Assembly: GCF_009914755.1 (NCBI RefSeq)
Contig: NC_060933.1
Length of the DNA: 64,000 nucleotides
Origin: the human T2T-CHM13v2.0 reference genome, Homo sapiens
Strand: one strand, 5' to 3'
Numbering within the stretch: position 1 is the first letter of the stretch; every line of letters starts with the position of its first letter. The notes beneath the pieces were generated by a model. That model was given only the letters and a program-made list of their open reading frames with translations. It had not been told where the DNA came from and ran no database searches. The translations under genes and the position numbers were made by a program. Positions 33,076 to 52,500 of this stretch are shown in pieces.

Positions 33076-33323
33076 TTTTTTAATTTTATTATTATTATAC
33101 TTTAAGTTTTAGGGTACATGTGCACAACGTGCAGGTTTGTTACATATGTATACATGTGCCATGTTGGTGTGCTGCACCCATTAACTCGTCATTTAGCATT
33201 AGGTATATCTCCTAATGCTATCTGTCCCTCCTCCCCCTACCCCACAACAGTCCCCGGTGTGTGATGTTCCCCTTCCTGGGTCCATGTGTTCTCATTGTTC
33301 AATTCCCACCTATGAGTGAGAAC
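33076..33323 (-). mobile_element. 5'-truncated young L1 3' end (L1PA3/4-like), ~250 bp
   Basis: TTATTATACTTTAAGTTTTAGGGTACATGTGCACAACGTGCAGG...TATGAGTGAGAAC. Flanked by ACAAGAGCAAATCTTTCTT at 33057-33075 and 33322-33340 (TSD plus junction microhomology). Confidence 0.95.
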
Positions 33324-33665
33324 AAGAGCAAATCTTTCTTATGCAATTGGCTGTTCCTTGAAGATTTTGACTGAGGAATCAAGATACAATATATATTGCA
33401 CTTCAAAGTGAGTTGCTAAAACAAAATACAAATTTTCAAAATAAGTATCTGAACACCAATGACAGAACTCATCCCTCACACACATTAAAAATACAAAGAG
33501 GATGAAGTACATGGAGGTTGAAGGTGAAACTGGGAGGAGGATTTTGGAGATAGATGTTGGAGTGCTAGATACCTCAACAAGGGTGAGGAATAGAAGATGT
33601 TTCCCACTTAACGGTTTTAAGGAGCCCACATAGAGAATTCAAGATGTGCTACATTCAGTTTAAGG

Positions 33666-33897
33666 CAGCAGTGTCCAATCTTTTGGCTTCCCTGGACCAA
33701 AAGAAAGAATTGAAAGACAATTGAAAGAATTGTCTTGGGCCATACATAAAAATATACTAACAGCAGCTGATTAGCTTTAAAAAAAATTTGCAAGCAAATG
33801 TCATAATGTTTTAAAAAGTTTATGAATTTGTGTTGAGCTGCATTCAAAGCTATCCTGGGCTGCATGCAGCCCATGGGCCACAGGTTGGACAAGCTTG
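33666..33897 (+). mobile_element. MER30 hAT element
   Basis: GTGTCCAATCTTTTGGCTTCCCTGG...GAATTGTCTTGGGCCA...GGTTGGACAAGCTTG. Confidence 0.85.
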
Positions 33898-36051
33898 ATT
33901 TAGGGGACTATACTTGTGTCTGATTCCCACTAAGAAATGTAAACACAGTGAGATAGAAGTATTTAGAAGCTGATCTAGGAGAGGTGGCTGTGGCCAAAGA
34001 AAGTGTATTTCCTGAGGAAGAGGTTTGTACCACTCTTGAGAGGCAGGCAGTCTGGGAGCATCAAGAATCTTTCTGAGGGCTATCTGAAGACTAAGAGAAC
34101 ATCAGAAGAAGGAAGCTAGCTGTGGGTCACTGGATGGTGAGAAGTCGCAAGAGGAGCTGCCAGTGACCAGCTAGAAGAGACATCATTTCCCACATCAAAG
34201 AAACGGAAAGAGAAGCATCCCCCAACAATGGCAGCTTTCATGATAACCCACAAAAAATGCACATAAGAGAAAAAAACAGCTTCACGCTCCAGCAAGCAGA
34301 AGCCATCCACTGACAACATCAATCAAATAAGAACTTTCTCGCCCTTTTCACTTCCTTTCCCACCTTGCAGTTCCAGCCTGAGGAAGCCAAGACAGACTTT
34401 TACAGGTGGCCTAATCATAGCCTTGATGGGCAGATGGAGGGAAAGTGCTATGGGTAGGATGGAGAAGTCGACCTTGTCCTGAAACAGTACCACAGTGGGA
34501 AAGGCAGGATGATTGACCTTTGAACGAAGATTAAAATTTTGATCATCGCGTGGGACTATAGGAGTTTTCAATCAGGAGAGAGGAAGAACGAAACAGTTAA
34601 AGGGGCACTGGGAAATAAGAAATTGTTTTACAGTTATATCACATGAGTTGTCTTTATTCCACATAGTGGCTACACAAAAGAGGGCTTTTCAAATGCCCGT
34701 ATCCTTTGACTCAGTCATTTCACTGCAGAGAAAGTGTCCTGCTGTAGCTTTGTAGTCGAAAGCAGCTTTTTTGCTTGTTTGTTTATTTGTTTTCAGGATA
34801 GATGTTCATCTTTGCTCTTGGAATGTTACTCTGAGGTTTTCTTGGTTAGGCAAATCTAAAGAAGGAATGAAGACTCCATTGTCTGGTAATTAAGATATAC
34901 TAAGACTTCCATCTCCAAAGGAAAATGGAGCAATACTCTCCCCATGCCAGCCTACCTTTATGAATTAAAGAGGTCCATGAGGCTAGGTTGAGAGCCAGTA
35001 GGAGGCTAGCCAATAGAGTCATTGAAATAAATTAACCATGGTACTTCTGGAGAAGTGGTTATCCCTATAAACCCAAAGCGCTAAAGCCTGGGACTCCGGC
35101 CTATTCCAGCCCATGAGAGTATAATACAGTGGGGTTGCCTTCTCTTGCAAGAGTGCCGAGGTTACGGAAGGGCTCTGGTCCAGCCCAACAGGGAGCTCCA
35201 GCAGCTTCAGAGACACCTTCCCTGTGTAGCAGTTTTTACCTTCATGAGGCCCAGACTTTCAGGTGGGAGAAATTTAATGGAGGGCCTTGGGACTTCTACC
35301 TTAGTGACTCAACCAAGTCCCAGTGCCATCTTACCCGGCACTTATTTCAGCTCCAAGGGACAGTAATACCACAGCCTTACTGTGGTTCCATCCCCCGACC
35401 TGGGGCCAGGGTGCCTTAGATGCTTTACAGGTGGCAGGATGAGCACCTTAAAGGGACTTCAGAGGGGTATCATGGGTGCCTTATCTCTGAACACAACCTA
35501 TGCCTTCTAATGCACTTTCTCAGCACTACAGCTGCTCCATGAGTGTGGGACTTCACTGCAACTTCTACACCTCCCACCCAAAGCTAGTGTGTAGTGGGCA
35601 ATGGCCCTGCCACAGGGTCAGCACACCAAGGCCCTCAGAGTCCCACGCTGGGACTCCTTCTTCTCAAGGCATCTGCAAGACTAGTTCTCACAGAGATAAG
35701 GTGACAACCTCTGCTTAATAACCATCTTTAAGTGTATGAGCCTGCTATTTTATTTTAACTTCAGTATTACTTCCCTGCCTTACACAGGTGTAAAATTTCA
35801 ATCCCCTGGCTACCCTTTTATGGCTTGATGGGCATTTAAGATGACCTCTCTGTGGTTCAGTTTGGCCCAGAATTGTTTACTTGCATCTTTGATGAAGAGG
35901 AATTTTGTTTACAGCCTCTAGGCTTCATTCAGGCAGACCCTATTTCCAAACAATCCTTTTACAGAGGTAACTGGGAGGCACTAAAGAAAAAGCATGTCAC
36001 TTAAGTAGGGAACTCATACTGTTGCAGGGGATTATGGATTATTTCTTGTGG

Positions 36052-36089
<38 letters not shown>

Positions 36090-36475
36090 CTCTCCTTGTG
36101 CTGAGAAGTGTTGGGAAGGACAAAGAGTAGGCCAAGTGGGAGGGCTCAAAATGAGCCTGTTCTCATCTCACTTCTGTGGAAGAGCCAAGCTTTTCAGTAA
36201 ACCACATGAGATTACTAAGGCTAGTGCTTAACTTGGGGTTCATGAGGTTTGTAGGCTCTAGCCAATTCTGAATTTCAGTTCTTTCACTGAAGTTGTGTGA
36301 AAGTATTGAGTTTATATGAGTGTTTTCTGGGAAAAGACTTGATTCTCAAGGAGATTCATGATCTCACAGCTTCAGACTCTTGCTATTTGAAAGTGTGATC
36401 TGAGAATTATCTGTACGGAAAACACCGTATTTTTTAAAATGTAGGTACCAGGCCCACTCATTCAGAACTTTTTTT

Positions 36476-36622
36476 GATAAATAACAAATAATTTTTTTAG
36501 TATCAGTAGTTGCAAATTATTGCAAGGATCATACTTATACTAAAAAGTGTATTCATTGTTTATCTGCAATTCAAATTTAACTAGCTGTCCTGTATTTTGA
36601 TTTACTAAATCTGGTAACCCTA
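36476..36622. mobile_element. MER53 palindromic MITE, left arm partly lost
   Basis: TTTTTTAGTAT...CATACTTATACTAAAAA...TGTTTATCTGCAATTCAAATTTAACT...AATCTGGTAACCCTA. Confidence 0.75.
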
Positions 36623-38469
36623 ACTGATAATGGGATGGAAGAAACTCCTTTTTTTAAAAAGAACCTCAATGCAAGGGCTGTTTTTTCATAAATAAAATTA
36701 ATACTATACCACTGATCATTGGACAAGTGAGATTATATCACTTGTTCACTAAGGCCTGGAATATACTTCTAGTCCCAGCCTAGAGAGGATTTTTACAGTC
36801 ATTGGAAGCAACCATGTGCTTTATATCATAGAGTTTTGCAATGTACAGTGACCAGGGGAATAAGTTTTCGTTTGTGCACTCCAACCTTGGAATTTCTGAC
36901 ATTACTGATGTCTCTTTGTGGTCTTAAACCAAGAAGTCTGGTTAAAAAGTTGCTAAGGATGGGTCAAGAAGGCAGCGTTTTCCTTTCTGTTTTAGAGCAG
37001 ACGCTAATAACCACCCTTTTGGTAAAGGAACATTGCCACCTAGTAACAGAATCAAGTATTTTCCTCTGGGCTCCAGACAAAGGATTGACTCCAACTGCAC
37101 ATTTTCAAGTGCACACGTTTGTGAATTTGGGTTTTGGTTGCCTTCCACTTAGCATTCAGCATTTGTAAGCTTTCCACAGAATGCAGGGAGAAAAAGCCAT
37201 TTGTCAGTAGAGCCTCAGTTTGTAAGAGGCAAGTGGGAAGGCTTTTAAAAAGGCCAGCAATATCAGTAAGAATGGATTCTCCTTAGTATATACTGGCAAA
37301 TAGGAGAATAAAACAAGCAAAACTGAGTGGATTTTGTGGAAAGAAACTTCTTTCTGCCAAAAACTGTGTGGATGGAATTGCTATTTATGTTGCAATTTGT
37401 AAAATGACTGAGTTTTTGATGCATGCACAAAGCTGAAAAAAATTACTAGTAAATAGTACATAGAATCTCATGTATAAAAATAACCTTACTCAGAAGCATT
37501 AAATTTGGCCCCCACTTGAGATCTGAGGATCAACTAAGTGCTCCCTAAGTCCAGCTAATTCTGCAGTCTTAAAACCCATACCATGGATTCATGGTCTCAC
37601 GGTCTCACGTGTGTTTCTAATATAAGGGATAAATCTTGCCATCACAAAAAAGAAACTATTTAGTTAGAAATTCCCAAGTGTTAGAAGTAGGGCTTTTTTT
37701 TTTGTCTTCTTTTGCTTAGTAAGGGGGCTATCACTATTCAAAAAAATTCAACTTACAAATTTAATAGTCACTCTTGGCTTAATGCCACCTGTTTTAATAA
37801 ATAGGCCCTTGTGAGCTGTGGCAACAAGGATTGTGTTGCTGTTATAAATATTTACTGTCCCTTACTTGATGCTGAAAAATCCAGAGTCCAGAGTAGCGTA
37901 GTCTTACAGTTGGTTACTAAGTATGGAAGTGTTTTGCAAGTTTATACAACCTCCATCAATGAGGTTATTTTACATATTAAGAGAAAAAAAAATTTGAACA
38001 TTTTAACTTTCAATTAAAACAGTCACCTATTACTTCTTGAACACTTAAAATAAGCCAGACCTTGAGCTACAAGCTTACATAAATGAGATGGGTATCATAA
38101 TGCCCATTTTACGGATGTAGTTTGGAGAATTTGAGGAATTTGGCTCAGATCACACAACTAGTAAGTGTCAGAGTTACACTTCTGTGCCACTGGTTGGTCC
38201 TCCAGAGGCCCGGAGAGCTACCTTACCAGCAAAAGAAGTAGTTAAATTCTTTCAGTACTTAGCTACATCTTTTCTTAAGCCAGGCTGAAGCTGGTAACAC
38301 CTATGTATCTAGCCAAACTGCTTCATACTATGTCCAGAGAGAAGGATGGTTGAACTCAAAAGAAACCCATAGCAAGATCACCAGGTCGTGATCGCATGAC
38401 AAAAGGTGACCCTACCACAGGAGATTCCAAATGTCTCAGGTAGGTCTGTGGACATTGGGTAATGTTCCG

Positions 38470-39345
38470 GGAATTGAATGTTACATAACAAACCACTCTA
38501 AAATTTAGTGGATTAAAAAAGCAACTACATATATTTTGCTCACGAATCTGCATTTTTGGGCAGGGGTGAGTGGGGGTGGTTCCTCCCTGCTCTACTGAGC
38601 TTCAGCTAGCACAGCTCAAAGGCTGGGGTTGGAATCATCTGAAGGCCCGTTCCCTTAAATGTCTAGCTGTGGGCTGGGGCCTTCGCTGGGGCTGTCAGTT
38701 GGATCTTTTATATGTGGCCTCTTTATATGTTCTAGGCTTCCCCACAAAATAGTAGCTGGGTTCCAATGGTGATTATCTATTGGGAGAAAGATTCAGGCAG
38801 AAGAGGGATTTTCTTTTATGACCTAACCTTAGAAATCTCACCCCTGGAACCTGTGAAGGTGACCTTATTTGGAAATCACATTTTTGCAGATATAATCAAG
38901 TTAAAATGAGGTCATACTGCATTAGAATGGGCCTTAATCCAATGACTGGTTTCCTTATAAGAAGAGGAAAATTTGGACACAGAATATACATGGGGGATAA
39001 TGTCATGTGGCAGTAGAGGCAGAGATTGGAATGATGATCTACAAGCCAAGGAATGCCAAGGATTACTGGCAACCAGCAGAAGCGAGGAGAGAGGCATGGA
39101 AAAGATTCTCCTTTGGAGCCTCCAGGGAAAGCTGGGAACCAGCTCTGTGGACACCTTGATTTCTCACTACTGGCCTCTTGAACTCTGAGAAAATAAATTT
39201 CCGTTGTTCTAAGCAGCTTCAGAAGGAACCAACCCTGCTGACACCTTGATTTCAGATGTCTAACCTCAGAAACTGTAAGAGAATCCATTTATGTTTTTTT
39301 TTTAAGCTACCGAATCTATGGCACTTTGTTGCAGGAGCTCTAGGA
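38470..39345. mobile_element. Cluster of MLT1-type MaLR LTR fragments (approximate)
   Basis: GTGACCTTATTTGGAAA...TTTGCAGATATAATCAAGTTAAAATGAGGTCATACTG...CAAGCCAAGGAATGCCAAGG...GACACCTTGATTTC (this last motif occurs twice). Confidence 0.8.
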
Positions 39346-40098
39346 AATGAATGCACTCATGTCTGCTGCATTCTATTCACCGAGACAGCAATGGATTCCA
39401 CCCAACTCTAAAGGAAAGGTAATATGTCTTCAACATTTGGTGGAGGGTAGCAAAGTTCTGGAAGACAATGAGGAACTGGAAATAGTGCTATGGTTAGTTT
39501 TAGAAAATACAAGCTATATCCTGGGACATAAAACATGATTGTGTGCATGTATACATGCTTAACAATGGGGATCGAATCTAAGAAATGCATCATTAAGTGA
39601 GTTCATCATTGTTAGAACATCACAGAGTGCACTTACACCAACCTAGATGGTAAAACCTACTATACACCTAGGCTATCTGGTACAGCAGATTGCTCCTAGG
39701 CCACAAACCTGTACAGCATGTTACGGTACTGAATCCTATAGGCAGTTGTAACACAATGGTATTTGTGTATCTAACATAGAAGGGTGACAGTAAAAATATG
39801 GCATAAAAGATTAAAAATGGTACACCTGTATAGGGCACTGACTGTGAATGGAGCTTGCAGGACTACAAGTTGCTCTGGGTAAGTCAGTGAGTGAGTGGTG
39901 AGTGAATGAGAAGGCCTAGGACATTATTGTACACTATTGTCGACTTTATAAACACCATACACATAGGCTACACTAAATTTGTTAATTTTTAAAATGCCTT
40001 CAATAATAAATTAACCTTAGCTTACTTTAACTTTTTTACTTTATAAACTTTTAATTTTTTTTAATTTTTTGGATTTTTTGCTTAAAACACAAAGGACC

Positions 40099-40714
<616 letters not shown>

Positions 40715-42146
40715 CACCACAGATACTTTGAATATTTTCTTTCTTTATATCTTTATTCTACAAACTTCTTTTATTACTTTTTTTTAAATTTTTAAAAAAA
40801 TTTTTGTTAAAAACAAATACATGAACACACACATTAGCCCAGGCCTACACAGGGTCAGGATCATCAATATTACTGTCTTCTACCTCCACATCTTGTCCTA
40901 ATGGAAGGTCTTCAGGGTCAATAACATGCATGGAGCTGTCATCTCCTATGATAACAATGCCTTCTTCTGGATACTTTCTGAAGGTCCTGCCTGAGGCTGT
41001 TTTATAGTTAACTTAAAAAAATAGGAGTATACTATAAAATAACAATAAAAAGTATATAGTGTAGTTAATACATGAACTAGTAACATGTCATTTACTATCA
41101 TTATCAAGTATTATATACTATATGTAATTGTATGTGTTATACATTCATAGCTAGACCAGTAGGGTTTTTTTTATATCAGCATCACCACAGACACGTGAGG
41201 TGTATGTACAGTGTTTATAAAGTCTATAGTAGTGTACAGTAATGTCATAGACACAATCATAAAACATGATTGTGTACTTTTTCAGTTCCATTATAATCAT
41301 CATATTTGCCATCCATTTTTGGCTGAAAAGTCATAATGTAGCATGTGACTGTCTAAGTTTTAGTATATTCTTAACTGCATGTTGAAAGGTACTGGAGTTA
41401 GAATTCCTTTCTGCCCAGGCTAAGTGCTAAGGTTGGTTTCATAGGAAGGGGTTTATTCTGGGAATGCATACATCCAAAGGCAACAAGAGCTGCAAATGTT
41501 TTTCATGTGTGTTTGTTGCTACAAAGAGAGCTTTGAATGGACTTCAGTGATATGGTTTGACATAAAACTAGTGACAGTCTAGAACAATCATCCACTTGCC
41601 TTTGCTATGTTAAATAAATCTGTGGTCCCTGAAGCTGGGCTGTGAGGAAGCTGGGCTATGAGGACGCTGAGGGCTCTTCCCTCCCAAGGTGCCTGCCAAC
41701 TCACGCACTGGTTGCCCTGACATTAGTATGAGATGTGAGGTTTGGTGGTATAGAACTCCAGGGAGTCCCATTCCTATGTTCAATGTCAGTGACACCCGCT
41801 GAGGTGCAACTTTTGCGCTTTCTGTACAACCCTGGCAAACTGAATGATAGCGCCTGGGTTAATACCTCTGTGAGCCCTGCGTTTGTGCACAAAGCACTAA
41901 CAAGTTTCCCTAGTAAAAAGATCGTCCCTCACCATTATTCAGCTGGTTAGCTTTTCTGCCTTTACATTCTCCCATGTGGACAGGCATTGGGGAAGGGGAG
42001 GGAGCACAGTGCTGAAACACCTCTCCTGGACCCGTGCCCATCTCCACTGGGGACAGGTCTCATACTAGCTCCCTGAGCATAAAAATCCTGTCTGATTGCT
42101 TCATCTGCTATGCGTCTGTGGGGATCCGCAAAGATATGGGATCCAG

Positions 42147-42768
42147 TTAGTCTCTGGTGAGTCGTTACCTTGGCCGGATGGGGACATGTTGCCTGCTGCA
42201 CCCCCCTCTTCGCGCTCTCTCATTTCATTTCCTGCAGTGTGCCAGCAGGATGGCCCACAAGCCATCTACTACTCGGACAAGTACTTCGACGAGCACTACA
42301 AGTACCGGCATGTTATGTTACCCAGAGAACTTTCCAAACAAGCACCTGAAACTCATCTGATGTCTGAAGAGGAGTGGAGGAGACTTATGTCCAATGGCGT
42401 CTAGGCCGGGTTCATTACATGATTCATGAGCCAGAACCACATATTCTTCTCTTCAGAGGACCTCTTCCAAAAGATCAACAAAAATGAAGTTTATCTGGGG
42501 ATCGTCAAATCTTTTTCAAATTTAATGTATATGTGTATATAAGGTAGTATTCAGTGAATACTTGAGAAACGTACAAATCCTTCATCCATACCTGTGCATG
42601 AGCTGTATTCTTCACAGCAACAGAGCTCAGTTAAATGCAACTGCAAGTAGGTTAGTGTAAGATGTTTAAGATAAAAGCTCTTCCAGTCAGTTTTTCTCTT
42701 AAGTGCCTGTTTGACTTTACCTGTTACTTTTGTTCAATAAAGTTTGTATGTTGCAGTAAAGAAAAAAA
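42147..42768 (+). pseudogene. Processed pseudogene of CKS2
   Basis: 5'UTR then ATG 42250 (ATGGCCCACAAG) with an early 1-nt frameshift. [26 protein letters not shown]...[10 protein letters not shown]; stop TGA 42485-42487; AATAAA 42736-42741; A tail. TSD AAAGATATGGGAT(C/A)CAG at 42130-42146 and 42769-42785. No introns. Confidence 0.96.
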
Positions 42769-44999
42769 AAAGATATGGGATACAGAAATGACTGTCTATG
42801 TCACCAAAGGGCATTCCCTGAGCTCTTTCAAGCCACAAACTCTCCTTTGGTGAGAAGTCCTTGAGCCTCAGGTACATGAAAAAAACCACAGCCTGGGAGT
42901 CTCATCCCTTGAGGTCTCTAGTCCTGGCTTTTCTTCTAATGGGTGACTGAGTACTTTAAATTTCAATTTGGAAAAATCAAATTCAATGATGGGTATTCAG
43001 TTTTATTAAATAGATCATTAAGCCAGAAATTAATCTCCCTACACTCTAGTCTTTGTTTGCTCTCCAAGCCTGCCCCACTCAGTGGAAGCTAAATGTGCCT
43101 TTTCTAGGACTACCATGCAGGAGTGAGGTCAGGTAGACAGGCTGGGGGCAGACAGGAGGGGCCACACTGTCCTAACTCCTTCACCCCTCTAGGAGGAAAG
43201 GGCAGCATTAGAACAAAAGGTGGCTCCTGTGGCTTCTTTCATCGCACATTTATGGAGGCCCCCACACCACCTTTGCTTTGTTCTTTGGTAGCCTCACCCT
43301 CTTTGAAATCTTTGAGAGATATTGCTCCACTCAGCCCTTTAAGGCTTTGTCCCAGACAACGCAGCTGTGAATGAGGATGAGGAAGCACTGGGATGCATTT
43401 GGACACTCTGGCGTCTGCTGAGTAGGGTTCCCAGGCTAGTTCAGGATCACCGAGCCCTCAGCACAGTTCATATCAGCTACAGGAGTCCTGGGGGCTATTT
43501 ATTGTGACTCCTCCAAGTTCACGAAGACCACACGATGGTGACTCAACCCAGATGAGTGAACAGTTTGCATCCAGGACAAGATCTGATGTACTGTCATTTA
43601 GCATGGCTAGAAAAAGCCACCAAGATACCTTGTCCAAACAGGTCAGTGCTTGGTCTGACAATATCCATGCATGCAGATGTTATGGTTGCATTCACATATA
43701 AAGCCATTCACGCCCCTGTCGGGACAGCACCCAAGTGATGCACACTGATTGGGTCAGGCACAAAGTCATGTGGCCTGGATCAAGTTTGGTGGGCAGGGAA
43801 AGACACAATAGGAGACATGTTAAATGTGATGGGGACATTCTAATACCTTCCCTCTCTTGCCTCATTCTTTCTCTTTTTCACCCCTTTTCCTTTCCCACTC
43901 AATCCATCAATCTTTCCCTTACTCTCTCATTTTCCTGCAGGTTCCGTGTGGCTGCTCTGAGAATTCTCCCACCATAGAGAGATGGGTGATCCCTTTGTTC
44001 TGCATGAAGTCACCAATCCAGGCACCATGGAAGGACTCTGTGAGGAGGGCCTCCCCTCTGAGAAGATGCCTAGCCAGCAGGGACCTCATGCTTGAGTTCA
44101 GATGGGTTGCCAGACAGATGAAAACTCCAGACATGACAGCTCCTCCTCTGAGGCTTTGCCTGGGTTCTTCCAGCCACACCAGAACAGCACCCCACCTGCA
44201 ACACACACCCTCACCCAAGCCCCACCAGAATACTGCACATCGGCTATGTTTGTCAGAATACAAAAACAGAGACAGTTTTCAGAAAGATATTCTTTATTGT
44301 CATAGTTGCCACGGGTGGATGGTCAAGCGAGCTGGCAGAGGCTAGGAGGAAATTTTTGTGTCCCTGGCTGGAGAGTGATCTGGGTGTCACTGTAAAGACT
44401 TCTTGCCCAAGAATGAAAATAGAACATCCTATTTCCCTTCCAGCTCTGCCAAGACTTTCATCTGCCTCCCACATCCTCTGCTGCTGTTTTATTGACTACA
44501 TACTATTCCATAAAATGGAGATAACATAATTTGTTTAACCTTTTCCTTATTGATTAAACACTGATTTCTAAAAGAAAATACTGGAGGAGAAAATGAAGCA
44601 AAAAACTTCCTTAGATATTAGTGTGAGTATATTCTCTGAGGCAAATCAAAAGAAGGTTATTTTAGGATGAAGATGTGTGGAGATAAGTAGAGCAGTCTGC
44701 CCGATGTTAAACCTAAGAGAATGTTTCAGGAACATTCTGTCTGGGTATGGATGAACAAAGGTCTGGGAGTCAGGCCAAAATGAGCATGAAGGTTGAACAG
44801 ATGTTGCAATTACAAATCAGTACAAATCTTTGGGGAAACTTCAGGTTATTTTACAATACGTGTATATTGTATGGTTTCCAGCTGTTAGTTTGCCATGCTG
44901 TCCTCTGATCACACCAAGAATATGGATGAGGAAAATGAAAACTAAGGCCACACAATCAGTAGGTGATAAAACCAGGATTTGAACCGGGGTCTGACTCCT

Positions 45000-45353
45000 T
45001 GTATTTGTCTGTTTTCACACTGCTGATAAAGACATACCTGAGACTGGGCAATTTACAAAAGAAAGAGGTTTAATGGACTTACAGTTTCCAGTGGCTGGGG
45101 AAGCCTCACCATCATGGCAGAAGGCAAGGAGGAGCAAGTCACGTCTTACATGGATGGCAGCAGGCAAAGAGAGAGCTTGAGCATGGAAACTCTGCCTTAT
45201 AAAGCCATCAGATCTCATGAGACTTATTCACTATCATGAGAACAGCATGGAAAAGACCTGCCCCCATGATTCAATTACCTCTCGCAGGGTCCCTCTCACA
45301 ACATGTGGGAATTCAAGATGAGATTTGGGTGGGGATACAGCCAAAACATATCA
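45000..45353 (-). mobile_element. THE1-family MaLR solo LTR
   Basis: TGTATTTGTCTG...CCAAAACATATCA; exact 5-bp TSD CTCCT at 44995-44999 and 45354-45358. Confidence 0.93.
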
Positions 45354-45582
45354 CTCCTCAGCTCATATTTTTTCTAAACATAAACAGTGCTGCCTGCACT
45401 TTTGCTAAATTTATTAGATTTTTAAGAGGCAGAGTACAAATTGGGATTGGATTTTACTGCCTGGCCCAGAAGAGGGGAAGTGACTAGTGAACAGGAGCAA
45501 TGAAAGTTGCTTGTCAGCAGGATGGGCCTCTGCAAGAGAATATTAGCTGTTTTTTAAATTTAAAAATAGAAAACTTAGCCAA

Positions 45583-46143
<561 letters not shown>

Positions 46144-46321
46144 TGAAGTAATCTAAATCAGTGAATTTTTATAAAGTATACTAGTGTGACCAGACCTTAG
46201 CACTCCAAACTCAGAACATTACCAGCAACCCTGAGCCCCACCAAGATTCACTATAATCCCAACTTCTATCACTATGGATTTATTTTACCTATTTCTGGAC
46301 TTCAAAAATAAAATCATGTCA

Positions 46322-46887
46322 TGTAGTAGGCAGGTTCTAAATGAGTCCCAATGACGCCTACCTCCTAGTACTAATGTCCTTGTGTAATCCTCTCCTCTTG
46401 GTATGGGCTGGAACTAGTGATTTACTTCTATGAAAGAGAATGTGGCAAAAGTGACAAGGTGTCACTTCCACGATTGGGTTATTAAAAACCCCTTTCTTGT
46501 TCTCTTGCTTGCTGCTCTGACGGAAGACAACTGCCATGTCATCAGCTGTCCTATAGGGAAAGCCATGTGGCAAGGAACTGAGGGAGGTCACTAGCCAACA
46601 GCCAGTGAGGAAATGAAGCCCTCAGTCCAACAGCCTGGGAGAAACTGAATCCTGCCAGCAACCACAGGAGTGCACTTACAAGCAGATCCTCCCTCGTTTG
46701 AGTCTTTAAATGAGACCTCAGCTCTGGCCGCCATTTTGATTACAGCCTTGAGAGAAATCTTGAGGCTGAAACACCCAGCTACCCTACACCTGCATTTCTG
46801 ACCCACAGAAACTGAGTTAATCAAAGTTTATTGTTTTAAGATGCTAAGTTATATGGTAATTTGTTGTGGAGCAATAGATAGCTAACT
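46322..46887 (+). mobile_element. MLT1-type MaLR LTR
   Basis: TGTAGTAGGCAG...GCCATGTGGCAAGGAACTGAGG...GAATCCTGCCAGCAACCAC...TGTTTTAAGATGCTAAGT...GCAATAGATA. Confidence 0.85.
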
Positions 46888-46889
46888 TA

Positions 46890-52500
<5,611 letters not shown>

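Noticed and set aside
36057-36087. Isolated ~31-nt poly(A) run as the tail of a hidden retroelement
   Set aside because: No recognisable element body upstream and no clear TSD; treated as a simple repeat.
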